64,000 bases of DNA from Azolla caroliniana (GCA_043228905.1 JBHGNT010000015.1:11656001-11720000), one strand, 5' to 3'. Shown: positions 25,301 through 36,994, counted from the stretch's first letter. Notes: a model not told the origin generated them from the sequence alone. Made by a program: numbers and translations.

Positions 25301-28250
25301 CTTTATCTTCCGGCTTCATTTCTTTGGCGATGTGTACCGGCTTTGATTCGTCCTTGCTTCCTAGGTTCACTTCGTCGAGCTGGGATGCTTTTACCCATTG
25401 GGAAACGGCCATTTCCCGTTCCAACGCTTCCTGTGCTTGCCGTAATTCCCGAATCGCATATTTGTCTGGTTCGGCTTCGGTTTCGTCCCGCTGCGGCAAG
25501 TATGGCGCTACGGCTTCAGCAATGTCAATCTCGAAGAGTGGTACGATCTTCGGGTGTTCCTCCAAGTACTGGGCTTCTTCGTCGTCTGCCAACCCTTCAA
25601 GCATGTTCACGCATTCCGCATATAGCGGTGTGCATTCCTTACCGTTGCTCGTCCGTGGTTGTGTCGGAACCCGGACCTTGGCTTTTCCGCGCCAGAAGGT
25701 AATCATATTTTTCCGCCAATTTTGCTTGATGTGTGCTGTTTTCAACCATGGTCTGCCCAGCAACAGTGGGTACGCACCTTGCGCCTGTAGCTGTAGCACT
25801 ACAGCCGAGATGTGAAATGTGTGGCCTCCTATGGTGACTTCCAATTTCCGTATTAAGCCCGTCGGCCGTACAGAGCTCGTATCCGCCATCCGTAGCCAGA
25901 ACGGACATGGCTCCCATTCATGTATACCCAAGGCATTACACGTGTGGAGGCTTATTACGTTCACCCCGGAACCTCCATCGATTACTGTGCCGGGAAGTTC
26001 GTGCCCTTTGACAATAGCTGTAATCACCGGACTACTAGTGTCCACCACCGTCGGTCCCTCCTCCGGGTTCGAAAAGAGGACTGGTGCCGGTGGGGCTATA
26101 CCGTCTGTCATGCCCGTTTTTAGTCCTTCCGTAAATCGCGGCACGAGCTGCAAGAGTCGTCCTAACGGCAACGTGATCTGACATTCTTGCAGTGCTTGCC
26201 ATGTCTCGTTTTCTGGGTGGCTACCGCCGGCACTCCCTATGGTATTCGCCTTTTGCCGTTCCGCGTCCGCGACGTTCCTTTCATTGGCTTCCTTCACCCA
26301 TTCCATCGCCTGTTTTCGTATGGCCTCTTGTGTTTCCCATTCTTTGGCCATGCCTTTCGACCGTGTGGTTACTTGCTGTATATCCGCCACTTCCGGAACC
26401 ACCATATTAACTGTTGGTCGTTTCTCGTAGCTCTTTACCGGGCACTGGTTACTGTAGTGGCCTTCCTGCCTGCAGTAGTAGCAGTACTCTTTACGGTTAT
26501 TGCTGGATTCAGCATTGCTGGTAGCCGGAGTCGGTCCCGTAGTGAGTGGTGCGTTCTGTGCCGGTTGGCTCCTTGGGGTTCCATGTTCCGGGTCCCTAGG
26601 GTGACCACCTTTCTTGAAATTACGTTTCTTATTATTCTTATTTTTATTTCGGTAGTCCTGTCGTGGTGGATCGTAAAATCGGCCGTAGTCCTCCTGGTGC
26701 CTTAGGTAACCAGGGGAATGGTCTCTGTCGTATTGCTCGTGTCGCCTGTTGGGCTCCCGATAACGGTCCGATCGCTCATACCGGTCGTAGTTATCATGCC
26801 GATTCCCGTACCGGCCATCACTCTCTTGTCTGTCTCCGTACCGGACATCCTGTGCCGGTCGGTACCGGTTCATTTTTTGCCAACAATCTTCATCTTCGTC
26901 TCGGCTGCTTCTTGGCTCGATCCGTCGGACGGGTGGTGCTTGTCGGTTTAACAGGTTATACTCGCACCGATCTGTTGTATGACTCTTGGATTGACAAATC
27001 ACACACTGGGTTCGCATGGTGCACTCCACTGCCGAGTGTCCGGCATTCAAGCAGATTGTGCATTGAATTGCCTGCCGGAACCGAAGATCTTCCTCGGTGG
27101 GTAACGCCCGTTGCAGTGTTCCCAGTGTAAGCCATGAGCTTGACTTTTCCATTTCTCTGACCCGGTCAATGACCTGGTCAATGGTGCTTCCTCGAAAGTC
27201 GATTACCGTACACACCGTGCGTAACGGCTCCCGAAGTGCGTTTAAAAATATCGTCCGTAATTCCTCCTCCGGGGGTGCACGGGCAAGCTGGCTATGCATT
27301 CGTTGGAAACGGATGACGAATTGGGGAATGCTTTCCCCTGCCTCCTGTCGGATCATATAAAACAGGCCCACCATTGTCGTCTGGTCGACCTCCTTGTGGA
27401 AAAAATGCAAGAATTTTGCTTTTAATTCTGCAAAGGTTGTGATGGTCGCCGGGTCCTGCGTCCGCCGCCATCGTGTCGCTGGTCCTTCCAACGTGACCCC
27501 GAATTCCGCTATCTTCGAGCGTTCTTCTTCCTCCGGTGTCATTCGCTGGGACGTATGATTTGCTTCCCATGTCTGCTCGAAGGCATGAACATGCGCTTCC
27601 GCGTCCGGATCATCGCGATACTTTGAGTATTGGAACGGCATGTCGTCGTCCAGAATTAGGCCGCGGTTTAGTGGCGTTTGTTGATATCTTTCCGGTTTTC
27701 TCTCCGGTTCCACTTCCGGTTGTTTTGCCGGTGCTTTTTCCGGTTCGTCTTCCGGTACCTTCGCCGGCTCTTTCGTTGGTGTCGGTGGCTTTGCTTCTTC
27801 CACTTCCGGTGTGGGTGGGTTGACGGCTTCCGTTTGCGGTTCCGGATAGCCTTGGTCGAGTGGTTCCGGTTCTGGAGTCGGCACGGTATCCGACCCGTCG
27901 TCCTCCGGGCCGCCGGGGGTATCGTTGCTGCTCCGGTAGTTCGTGTGCACGCTGTATCCCCCTTCGGAATCCGATTCGTAGGCTGAAAAGGCTTCGGCCT
28001 CGTTTTCTCCGCTTGCCAGCGCCTCGAGGAGGCGTTCGGTTTCCCGGAGACTACTTAGACTGCTTCCGTCGTCCTGGTCGCGAGTTTGCCATAACCGAAG
28101 AGATTCCTCCGCGACTCTCCGGATCTCGTTGGAGAACGAACGATCCGAGCGAATTTCGTGCGCTGCTTGCTGGAAAGTCTCACGCCGTCTTTGCTATTCG
28201 GCGAGGCGTCGAGCTCGGTCTGTAACCAGGTCGTGCGTTGGTCTCGTCAT
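22397..28250 (-). pseudogene. gag-pol: gypsy B single-ORF gag-pol (gag, PR, RT, RNase H, INT), nearly intact
   Basis: ATG 28250 is in frame with the 1530-aa ORF; one TAG at 28194-28196 and a 19-bp duplication frameshift at 23370-23407; IDGGSG, FLDD, FVDASD, HHCC, GLDFV; no chromodomain. Confidence 0.95.
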
Positions 28251-28285
28251 CCATTAAGCCGTCGTTCACTGCGAGAAAGCAGGAA

Positions 28286-28297
28286 TCGTGGTCGCCA
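28286..28297 (-). promoter_or_regulatory. PBS of gypsy B (tRNA-Arg-like)
   Basis: Reverse complement TGGCGACCACGA just inside the 5' LTR. Confidence 0.75.
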
Positions 28298-28303
28298 AAA
28301 CTG

Positions 28304-28721
28304 TGTTATTCGCTAGCCGGACAAGGCCTAACACAAGGTGTCACGGAGACACTTCACCAAAGGGTGATTACGGCATAGGATTAAGATTCAACGATTACAC
28401 CGACTTACGTAGGTTACACGATTAGAATGCTTTGGTTAATTACACGCGTAAGATATAACAGTAATTACAGAACGGAAATCAACACAGAAGTATAAACATC
28501 ATAAGCTATATTAATTATCCGTTGTGATTACAATGGGGTCCGGGCCTTTAAATAGGTTTCCGGCCCGTAGTACAAAACGGTGCCTCTAGCACCTATTCGG
28601 GATCCGTCCGGATCTGGAACGGCATACCGTTTCCAGTCCGTCCGTCCACACTATGCTTATTACAACCATACTTAATTAATTCCTTCACTCCGTATTTTGG
28701 ACTCCTTGCCGGCCGGTAACA
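28304..28721 (-). repeat. 5' LTR of gypsy B
   Basis: Direct repeat of 19245-19662. Confidence 0.96.
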
Positions 28722-28848
28722 CGGGTTTCCACATTAAAATCTGTGTCATTCTCAGTTTCTATATTTTGTTTTTCCTTTCCATTAGATCGACTATTATTCC
28801 GCACACGTACAACCGGATGTGGCCGGCAACGATTTTAACTTCGTGAAG

Positions 28849-29131
28849 GATATGGGCTTTCCCATCCAAGATTTGATTCCCCTTACTGAGACAACAAGAG
28901 CAGTATTCATTTGGCTCGGAACCCGGTATTCCACACACACACGAAGCATATTGAAGAGCACTATCACTTCATTCGAGAGCGCGTTGAGGCTGGAGATGTC
29001 GACCTTCAACACATGAGCATGAATCTTCAGACAACCGACATTCTCACCAAAGCCCTAGGAACCGACAAGCTTCGGCAATTCATGTGAGACCTTGGATTGA
29101 TGATCCCTGATTTGCCAAGCTTGAGGGGGAG
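28849..29131 (+). pseudogene. copia I RNase H C-terminus
   Basis: DMGFPIQD, HTHTKHIEEHYHFIRE, DILTKALG. Confidence 0.85.
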
Positions 29132-29232
29132 TACATCAGAACCAGATATTAGTCGAAGCAGACACCAAACAAGAGAGAACCGGATGTTGTCTGATCCGGG
29201 TACTAGCCGAAGCGGACAAGGTGACCAAAGTT

Positions 29233-29247
29233 GAGCTTGAGGGGGCA
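29233..29247 (+). promoter_or_regulatory. PPT of copia I
   Basis: GAGCTTGAGGGGGCA immediately before the 3' LTR. Confidence 0.85.
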
Positions 29248-29642
29248 TGCTGAGAATCAAGCTCAACCTAGCCTAGTGTGTGAACACACCCGTAAGAGTG
29301 TATGAACACTCAAAGGTCAAACGTCACACCACCACTCTTTACACATTAACTATGTGTCATAGAATCATATTCTATGACACATAACTAATGAATTTCCACA
29401 GTCCCCATGACTCATGAGCTTCGGTAGTTAATGAAGAGAGAGAGTGACTATATAAAGCACTCTTCTCCTACTTTGTAATATGTCAATTAATCTCCTTTCT
29501 AATATACATCTCCTTGAGTATTTTTCTATTGTCTATTCTATCTATCTTGTGTCTCTCTCCTCTCCTCTTCTCAAACAGAGACACACACAACACACGTCTC
29601 TAACCTATTCTGCTGCACAGAATCATACCACAATTCTTTACA
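29248..29642 (+). repeat. 3' LTR of copia I
   Basis: Direct repeat of 5558-5958 (roughly 25-30 differences by eye). Confidence 0.95.
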
Positions 29643-31846
29643 ACCACCATTCTTCGTTCGAACCGCCTTCAACTTCCATCTGGTTTCTCTATCAACTGTC
29701 ACCTAGAACTCCTTGAAGACATTGAGTACTTGATCCTTCATCTTCAATACTAAGCCCACAACTTACGACTATGATCGTTAATGAAGGTTACAAAGTACTA
29801 TCCACCAGAATGAGACCTTTCATCTACATAGCATACATCGGTGTGTACGAGTTCCAAAGCCATTTTCCTCCGCATCGGAGGCCTAGATCGAAAGGCGACT
29901 CTATTTTATTTGTTGGCCAGGAAATCAACACATTTTTCGAGATGCACATTCTTCACCTCCGAAAGGAGTTCTTTTCCTGCTAGTATTTGCATACCCTTCT
30001 GATTCATGTGGCATAGCCTCTTATGCCACAACTCACCGGTTGTGTCGGCTGCCACGTTCACCTTGTTTTGGCTCAACTGTGCATGCATAACCTATGATGT
30101 ATTTTTCTTCTTGGCTGGAAGTTCCCTTTGCAGAATTTCCAACTTCCATTTCGAAAGCTACCACAATAGCCTTCGTCATTGAGTCATCCGGTTGACATTA
30201 GATTCAGCCTAATATCTAGTACATGGCGTACGTCTTTGAGTACCATTTTGCAACCTGTCGATGTCAGCAAACAAACCTATAATGTATTTTTCTTCTTGGC
30301 TGGAGCCACGATCAAGTTCCCTTTGCAGAATTTCCAACTTCTATTTCGAAAGCTACCACAATAGCCTTCATCATTGAGTCATCCGGTTGACATTAGATTC
30401 AGCCTAATATTTAGTACATGGTGTACGTCTTTGAGTACCATTTTGCAACCTGTCGATGTCAGCAAACAAACCTATAATGTATTTTTCTTCTTGGCTAGAG
30501 CCACGATCAGGTTCCCTTTGCAGAATTTCGAACTTCCATTTCGAAAGCTACCACAATAGCCTTTGTCATTGAGTCATCCAGTTGACATTAGATTCAACCT
30601 AATATCTAGTACATGGCGTACGTCTTTGAGTACCATTTTGCAACCTGTCGATGTCAGTGAACAAACCTATAATGTATTTTTCTTCTTGGTTGGAGTCACG
30701 ATCAGGTTCCCTTTGCAGAATTTCCAACTTCCATTTCGAAAGCTACCACAATAGCCTTCTTCATTGAGTCATCCGGTTGACATTAGATTCAGCCTAATAT
30801 CTGGTACATGGCGTACGTCTTTGAGTACCATTTTGCAACCTGTCGATGTCAGCAAACAAACATTGCCGATTCCCACAATCCTGCATGCGCTAACATTCCC
30901 CATCTTCATGTGGTCGTAGTCGCCGGTCATATATGATGAGAAGCATTCTCTATTGGGGGTCAGGTGAAACAACGGACCGGAATCGGCCACCCATGTCGAT
31001 TCTTTGTCGGCGAGGTTTGCTTCATTTTGTTCATAGATAAACATCAGCTCCTCCTCGCTCGCGGCAATGGTTGTGGTGTTCTTCAGCTCAATACCATTAG
31101 CCCCCCCTTTCTCCTTTCGGTAGTGTCAACAGTTCTTCTAGAAGTGTCGTAGCTTCCCACATTAGAATCACGTGGGCCTTCCCTTCAACTTTGACCTTGG
31201 TCTGAACTTGTCTCGATTCTAGGGACTTCTATTCTGGCCTCTTCCCTGGTTCATGCCACCATTTGTGACTAAGGCCTTTGGGTCAGTAACAGACTCTCTG
31301 TCCTTCTGACGAGCTTCCTCATCTAGGGATAAATGTTTCCCTTCCGGTCCGGTGTTGCCCAAAGTGACAACGAGCGTTTCCTAGCTATTCGGAAGGGATC
31401 CTAGTAGTAGCAACGTTAATACCTCATTGGCAAGAGGTACTTCTCGAGAGGTGGTCTTGTTTATTAGTCGTTGGAAGGCGTTCAGATGCTCCGCCATGCT
31501 GGAGCCATCCTAATACCGAAGTCTCACGATCTTTCTGAAGACTGAGACTCTTTTTACAACATTCTTGTTCTCCAACATGAACCCGATCTTCTTCCATAGG
31601 ACTTGAGCATCTGTCTCCTCATTAAAATTGTTGTATAAACTCATGTCTATATAACACCTTATGTATAGTTGATGCTTTCAAATGCATGACTTTCCAGGTT
31701 GATGCATTGATCTTGTCGGGCTTGGTCTTGTCGTATTGCACTGGCAACCATAAGTCTTTGCACATCAACATGTCCCACATCTTCGACTTCCACACGAAGT
31801 AGTTGGAGGCGGTTAACTTGAACATTCCACCAAAATGTTTGTCCAT
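29643..31846 (-). pseudogene. copia H gag-PR-integrase N-terminal part
   Basis: MDKHFGGMFKLTASNYFVWKSKM, WVADSGPLFH, LWHKRLCH..CVDF; disrupted. Confidence 0.88.
30090..30860. repeat. Four tandem copies of a 195-bp piece of copia H coding sequence
   Basis: Unit restarts at about 30090, 30275, 30470 and 30665. Confidence 0.92.
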
Positions 31847-31847
31847 T

Positions 31848-31859
31848 GCTTTGATACCA
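31848..31859 (-). promoter_or_regulatory. PBS (tRNA-iMet, one mismatch) of copia H
   Basis: Reverse complement TGGTATCAAAGC. Confidence 0.85.
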
Positions 31860-31862
31860 GTT

Positions 31863-32534
31863 TGTCGAGGATACTACAGGTTGATACACTTTCGTATGTG
31901 GGTGCAAAGAACAAGACGACAGTACACAGACAAACAGAAAAAAAAGTATAGATACACGAATATTTTAACGTGGAAAACCCTGAAAGGGAAGAACCACGGG
32001 GAGTCCACAAACTCCCAAAAACAAATCACTATGATGGGAGGAGTACAACAAGATGCTTCAAGGCAACGACCTTGAGCTCTTCTTCATCACAGACAGCTAT
32101 AGAAATACTCACACACTCTCTCCCACTATAGTTACAGAGGCAACTACAAACTATAACTTTTCAACAATGATCATCACCCATCACATAATTACTTCCCCTA
32201 ACTATGTTTGTATTCATATACATAAATGATTATTTACAAATATAGCCCCGAGTGAGCTTCTCTCGTGACTAATTCAAAAATTTCCTTGCATCAGCGTCGA
32301 TTACGTACTCTGGCTTTCTTGTTGATAGATATGTGGATCACTCTGGTGGCGTCATGGCGGCGAGATCGACCCGAGCGAAAGTAGCTATTGGGTTCGAATC
32401 CCGCTTCTTTTCTTCCGCGGTTCGCCTACCAATTTTTCAATTAATTATCAATTAGTCAATTTTTTGGCCTCGGCCGAGTTACCCATCGACTGATTCATCT
32501 TATCTCTCCATCCGGAGGGACCTGTTTCCTAATA
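31863..32534 (-). repeat. 5' LTR of copia H
   Basis: Shares ACGTGGAAAACCC, ATTTACAAATATAGCC and the terminal CATCCGGAGGGACC with the F LTR. Confidence 0.85.
32347..32401 (+). promoter_or_regulatory. Pol III type-2 promoter-like A box and B box inside the H LTR (antisense to the element)
   Basis: TGGCGTCATGG at 32347 and GGTTCGAATCC at 32391, 44 nt apart. Confidence 0.55.
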
Positions 32535-33110
32535 GTATGAATGATTTCTGTGTGTTTATGCCCAAATGCAAGTGAATTAAAATCTATTTTGAGAGTCTCG
32601 AACTATTTATGCTCAATATTTTAGAAAAAACTCTGAAATAGATTTGAAATTTTCTATAGATTATGTAGCATATATAATTGAGAAAGAGGGCTGAAATTTC
32701 CATTATGTGATGACTTGCCCATATAGTTAATTAACTTATTAACATATAGGGAGATGATATTAAAGTAATTACCATAGAATAGTAACATACATATGCATGT
32801 TTGAAGTTTGAATGATTTTTGTGTGTTTATGCCCAAATGCAAGTGGATTAAAATCTATTTTGAGAGTATCCATGTATTTATGGTCAATATTTCAAAAAAA
32901 ACTCCAAAATAGATTTGAAATTTTCTATAGATTAAGTAGCATATATAATTGAGAATGAGGGACGAAATTTCCGTTACGTGATGAATTTCCCGTATAGTTA
33001 ATTAACTTATTAAGTAACATTCAAGGAGACGATATTAGTAATTACCATAGAATAGTAAGATACATATGCATGTTTGAAGGATTTCTGTGTGTTTATGCCC
33101 AAATGCAATG
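32535..33110. repeat. About 270-bp AT-rich tandem repeat (2+ copies)
   Basis: GATTTYTGTGTGTTTATGCCCAAATGCAA recurs at about 32544, 32814 and 33080. Confidence 0.85.
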
Positions 33111-35301
33111 TATTAAGAATTAAATATTTAAAGAAAGAACATTTGCATGTGCAACACAAAGTGGAAAATGTGAAAGCCCTTTGGCCTAAATATGGAGTTA
33201 TTGTTACCATACTTTCAGATGGATGGATTGACACTAGCAAGCAAGCACTTGTGAATATTTTGGTCTCATGTTATTATGGCACTATGTACCTTAAAACTAT
33301 TTATTGTGGTGGTGTTTCTACAAGGGTTGATGGTCCATGGCTCGCTGAAATGCTATAATTTGCAATAAAGGAAGTAAAAGCAAAAACTGTGGTGCAAATT
33401 GTCATTAACAATGCATAGATCTAATTCTATTGGCATGGGTCACATTCTAGAGACTGAATTCCCAAGCCTTGTGCATCACATTGTCTAGATTTATTGCTAG
33501 AGGATATTTGGAAGTTGCCTTGGGTTCGTCAAGTGCACAAGAGAGCAAATTGTGTGGTTAAACTATTCGCCAAGAAAAGGAATGCACAAAAAAATTCCAA
33601 CAACTATTCGTCTTTTGCACTCCATAGGACAAGTGCCACTCAATTTGGCTACATTCTTATTGTCCTTGAGAGCTTGCAAGAGTTTGGAGAGCCTTTGAAC
33701 AAATTGTGGTTCGTAACTATTGGGAGGATTGGAGTGACTCCAAAAACCCAAATGTTGTCAAGGTGAAGTCCATTGTGCAACATAGCTTTACTTTGCCTTC
33801 AATTATGATTGTAATTTCTATTATGCTTCCATTGTTTTCTGTTTTGCGGCTAATTGATCGTGAAGGATCTATGATGGGCTTACTTTATGAGTTCATGAGG
33901 AGGGCTAGAGACACATTGCAGCTAGGAGCGAGAGAAGACACATCAAACACAGACAGGTAATTTGTTTTTATTCTAATATTATTATTTCTATGTAGTATGT
34001 AGTATGTACAATTGCTATTTATTGCATCTTTTTCATTTCTTTGAATCATTGTTATCATCTATGTTATGCATATTTTAGTAACTGATTTCTAGTTTTGATT
34101 CAAATTCAAATGTTAACACAGTTATAAAGAGGTTTTGGAATGCTTTGATTGTCATTGGTCTTGGTTCAAAAAGCCAATTCATACTGTTGCACATATTCTG
34201 CATCCTTTATGGAAGCCCAAAGATCAACCAATAGTTATGAATGTAGAGATGGCAGATGGATAGCTTGGCTATATTCAAAAGGTATATTCTATAGATGAAT
34301 GGGAAATCTTGTAGGATCAATTTGACATGTATAGAAATGGTGTGGACCGATTTAGCAATGAATTATCAAAATCACACATTGCAAAATGTAAACTTGTCTC
34401 ATGGTGGGAAAGATATGGGGATTGTGCCCTTACTACCGTCGTTAGTTTGTAGAGTATTTTTTCAGGTATTATAGTTCATTTTTTATTATTTTTTCAATGT
34501 TACTAATCTTCTACAATGACATATATTGTTTGTTGAATACTTTGTGTCACAGGATTTCTCTTCTGGAGCTATTGAAAGAAATTTGAATGCACATGCATTG
34601 GCACATACAAAAAGGAGGAATCGTTTGAAGGTGAAACAAGTGGAGAGATTAGTATATGTTAGAGAAAAGTTAAGGCTTGTTTGGAGCTTTCAAACTCATG
34701 TTGGTCTTCCAATGTAGGTCTACATCTTTCTTATTCATGTTTGACATTTGATGTTTAGAGACTACACTAGTCATTTGTAGGTTAATTAACGAGCCTTGTT
34801 AATTGGTTGCGGTTTAAACATTATGAGTCATGATTATGATACCCAAAATATTATTTGATTTAGGTCAATCCATATGAGATACACATTGACAAGACTCTTG
34901 AAATACCTCCATCAACAACCAATATTGATACTCAAGTCGCACAAAGATATTTTGATGAAGCAGAGGCTATGCATATTGGTCGGGTTACTCGAAGTAGATC
35001 TAAGTTGGCCCCTATGATAGTGGATGATGGATTGGTAGGTTCATGTTCTAGCACTATGAGAGGAGGTCGTGGATATGTTCGTAGTCATGCTTGTGTGAGA
35101 GTTGCAAGTACAAGAAGGGTACTTTCTCGACAAGCTACAACTATTCCTTGCAATGTTGAATATGGTAATGATGATGGAGATCAAAAGGATGAAGACGTTG
35201 ACAATGCCACAATTGATTCATCTTTTGATAGGGATTATGTGGACAACTATGATGATACAACAACAGAATCCTCCAGTGATGATGTAGAAGAACAAATATA
35301 A
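33110..35301 (+). pseudogene. hAT-superfamily (DUF659 plus dimerisation domain) transposase pseudogene with introns
   Basis: TILSDGWIDT, CASHCLDLLLEDI, SWWERYG, SSGAIERN, KRRNRL; GT-AG introns at about 33957-34121, 34466-34552 and 34718-34863; TACG-rich subterminal-like tract 35640-35730. Confidence 0.85.
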
Positions 35302-35739
35302 TTGAAAATTGCATGGAAATAATGTATTATTGGTTTTTACATATTTATTTGAGCTTAAGAACCAATAACTATGAGTATGAAGAAAGTCTAAGTTCTAAAT
35401 TAGTAAATTCTAATAGTGTTTTGATCACTCTTGTCCTTTTTTCACGATTTGAGGGTTGAAATGATTTGTGTTTTGATTCAAACTTCAATTGTGTTCTCCC
35501 CTTTCATTTAAAAATATGTATATCACCTGTATTGAAACATGAATAACCATGTGGTATCCATGGAAAATAAAGATAATTGGTATTTACTCTACAATATTCA
35601 AATTTCAAGTATCTTTGTATTCAACGTATTTTACCTTTAAAATACGTATTCTAAGAACTTATATATTTTTAGAATACTTATAAAATACGTAGCATACGTA
35701 TTGTATGCATACGGTATGCTACATATGTTACAACCATGA

Positions 35740-36230
35740 CTGTTTCCGATGTAGTTCCGACTATTGGACAAAGACTCTCCGAGAAAACTCATGAGCAAAA
35801 TACCCTACGCATCGGTCGTAGGAAGTCTCATGTACGCAATAGTGATGACCCCAACCCAACCTTGCATGTCTTGGGGTCATCAACTAGTACATTTCCAATC
35901 CCGGACAGAAGCATTGGGAGTCTATGAAGAACATCTTCATGTACCTATGAGGAATCGAAGATCTACAACTGACATTCGGATCAGACAATTCGACCGAAGT
36001 CAAAGGCTATACAAACTCTGACTACGCCGGTAATCCGGACAATCGAAAGTCGACATCAGGATATGTCTTTACCTATGGCAGCGGCAACATATCATGGAGG
36101 TCAAAGTTACAAGACTACACGACACCCTCAACAATAGAGGCCAAGTATATAGCCGCATCGGAAGCCATCTAGCTACACCGACTGTCAGTTGATTTTTCGG
36201 TTAAAGGCCGAATCGACTATCCGGCGCCCC
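35740..36230 (+). pseudogene. Ty1/copia RT-RNase H fragment
   Basis: IPYASVVGSLMYA, GYTNSDYAGNPDNRKSTSGYVF, WRSKLQ. Confidence 0.85.
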
Positions 36231-36259
36231 CGATAGAAGAAAACACATGATAAAAGAAA

Positions 36260-36994
36260 GGTCGTAGTGTATTTCGTACACTATGTGAAAAACATATATA
36301 GTACTAGATTCAATAAATATGAAGAAATAGAAGAAAATATTAAAATATAAATTACATGGATAGGGCAAGATTCAAACCTTGCACCTCCATGTTAATAATG
36401 TAAAGCCTTACCATTACACTAACACATCATTTATGATAATAAAGTAGATGTCCCATATAGAAATGTAAGTTCACGCTAGGATAAACTTTAGTTAGAAGAA
36501 AACGCATGATAAAAGAAAAAGTTACACATGCACATCTAGCGTGCATAAACACTATAGTCGATAAAAACGCATCAAGTTAGAAAAAGCAAGATCACTTTAG
36601 AAAAAGCATGTTAGATAAAGCATATAGTCTATTGTTAGAGAAAAAGCATGGATTATTAAGACTCTTTCATCACTATATAAGGATGGGGAGCACAATGTAA
36701 TAGGGGTGTGTGAAATATTTGGAAATTGGATATATTTCTAAAAAAAACACCAATTAATTATATTCGTGGGATTCACGAGGTTTCTATATTCTTTTCTTTC
36801 TATCTACATTCATATTATTAGCTTAATATTGATTAATCCAATACAATACACTCATAAGATTCACGAGGTTTCTATATCTCTTTCCTACAACCTATTTATA
36901 TTCTAATTAGTCTCAAATTCTTCCTCCTCCTAGTCGAAAACCCCAACGGTTCCCACCTGACTCACGCAACGATTCGGCGTCGAAAGGCACGACA
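36260..36994 (+). mobile_element. Orphan LTR, probably gypsy
   Basis: Inverted termini (G)GTCGT..ACGACA; TATATAA at about 36674; no TSD, PBS or PPT found. Confidence 0.55.
36369..36421 (-). promoter_or_regulatory. Pol III A/B-box-like pair in the orphan LTR
   Basis: Minus strand TAGTGTAATGG ... GGTTTGAATC, 43 nt apart. Confidence 0.5.

Larger units (their letters stand above)
19245..28721 (-). mobile_element. Ty3/gypsy non-chromovirus element B, young and full length, sister family of A/C
   Basis: 418-bp LTRs 19245-19662 and 28304-28721 with 3 mismatches seen; perfect TSD CGGGT. Confidence 0.97.
18902..28843 (+). mobile_element. copia solo LTR (H/F family, about 460 bp) split by gypsy B
   Basis: Starts TGTTAGGAAACAGGTCCCTCCGGATGG like the H LTR; pieces 18902-19244 and 28727-28843; perfect TSD TGAAG; host reads KRILK|DMG. 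Confidence 0.88.
5558..29642 (+). mobile_element. Ty1/copia element I, full length, with nested insertions
   Basis: LTR pair 5558-5958 and 29248-29642 (TG..CA), PBS TGGTATCAGAGC, PPT, TSD ACCAT/ACCAC (4/5; the host frame restores with ACCAC). Confidence 0.93.
4487..32534 (-). mobile_element. Ty1/copia element H (related to F), 3'-truncated, host of nest 1
   Basis: 5' LTR 31863-32534, tRNA-Met PBS, gag start 31846; integrase NGGEY motif is continuous across the copia I insertion; RT ends at 4487. Confidence 0.85.

Noticed and set aside
23585-28225. Many antisense ORFs over gypsy B (and over copia F)
   Set aside because: Shadow ORFs expected in GC-rich coding DNA; no recognisable motifs.
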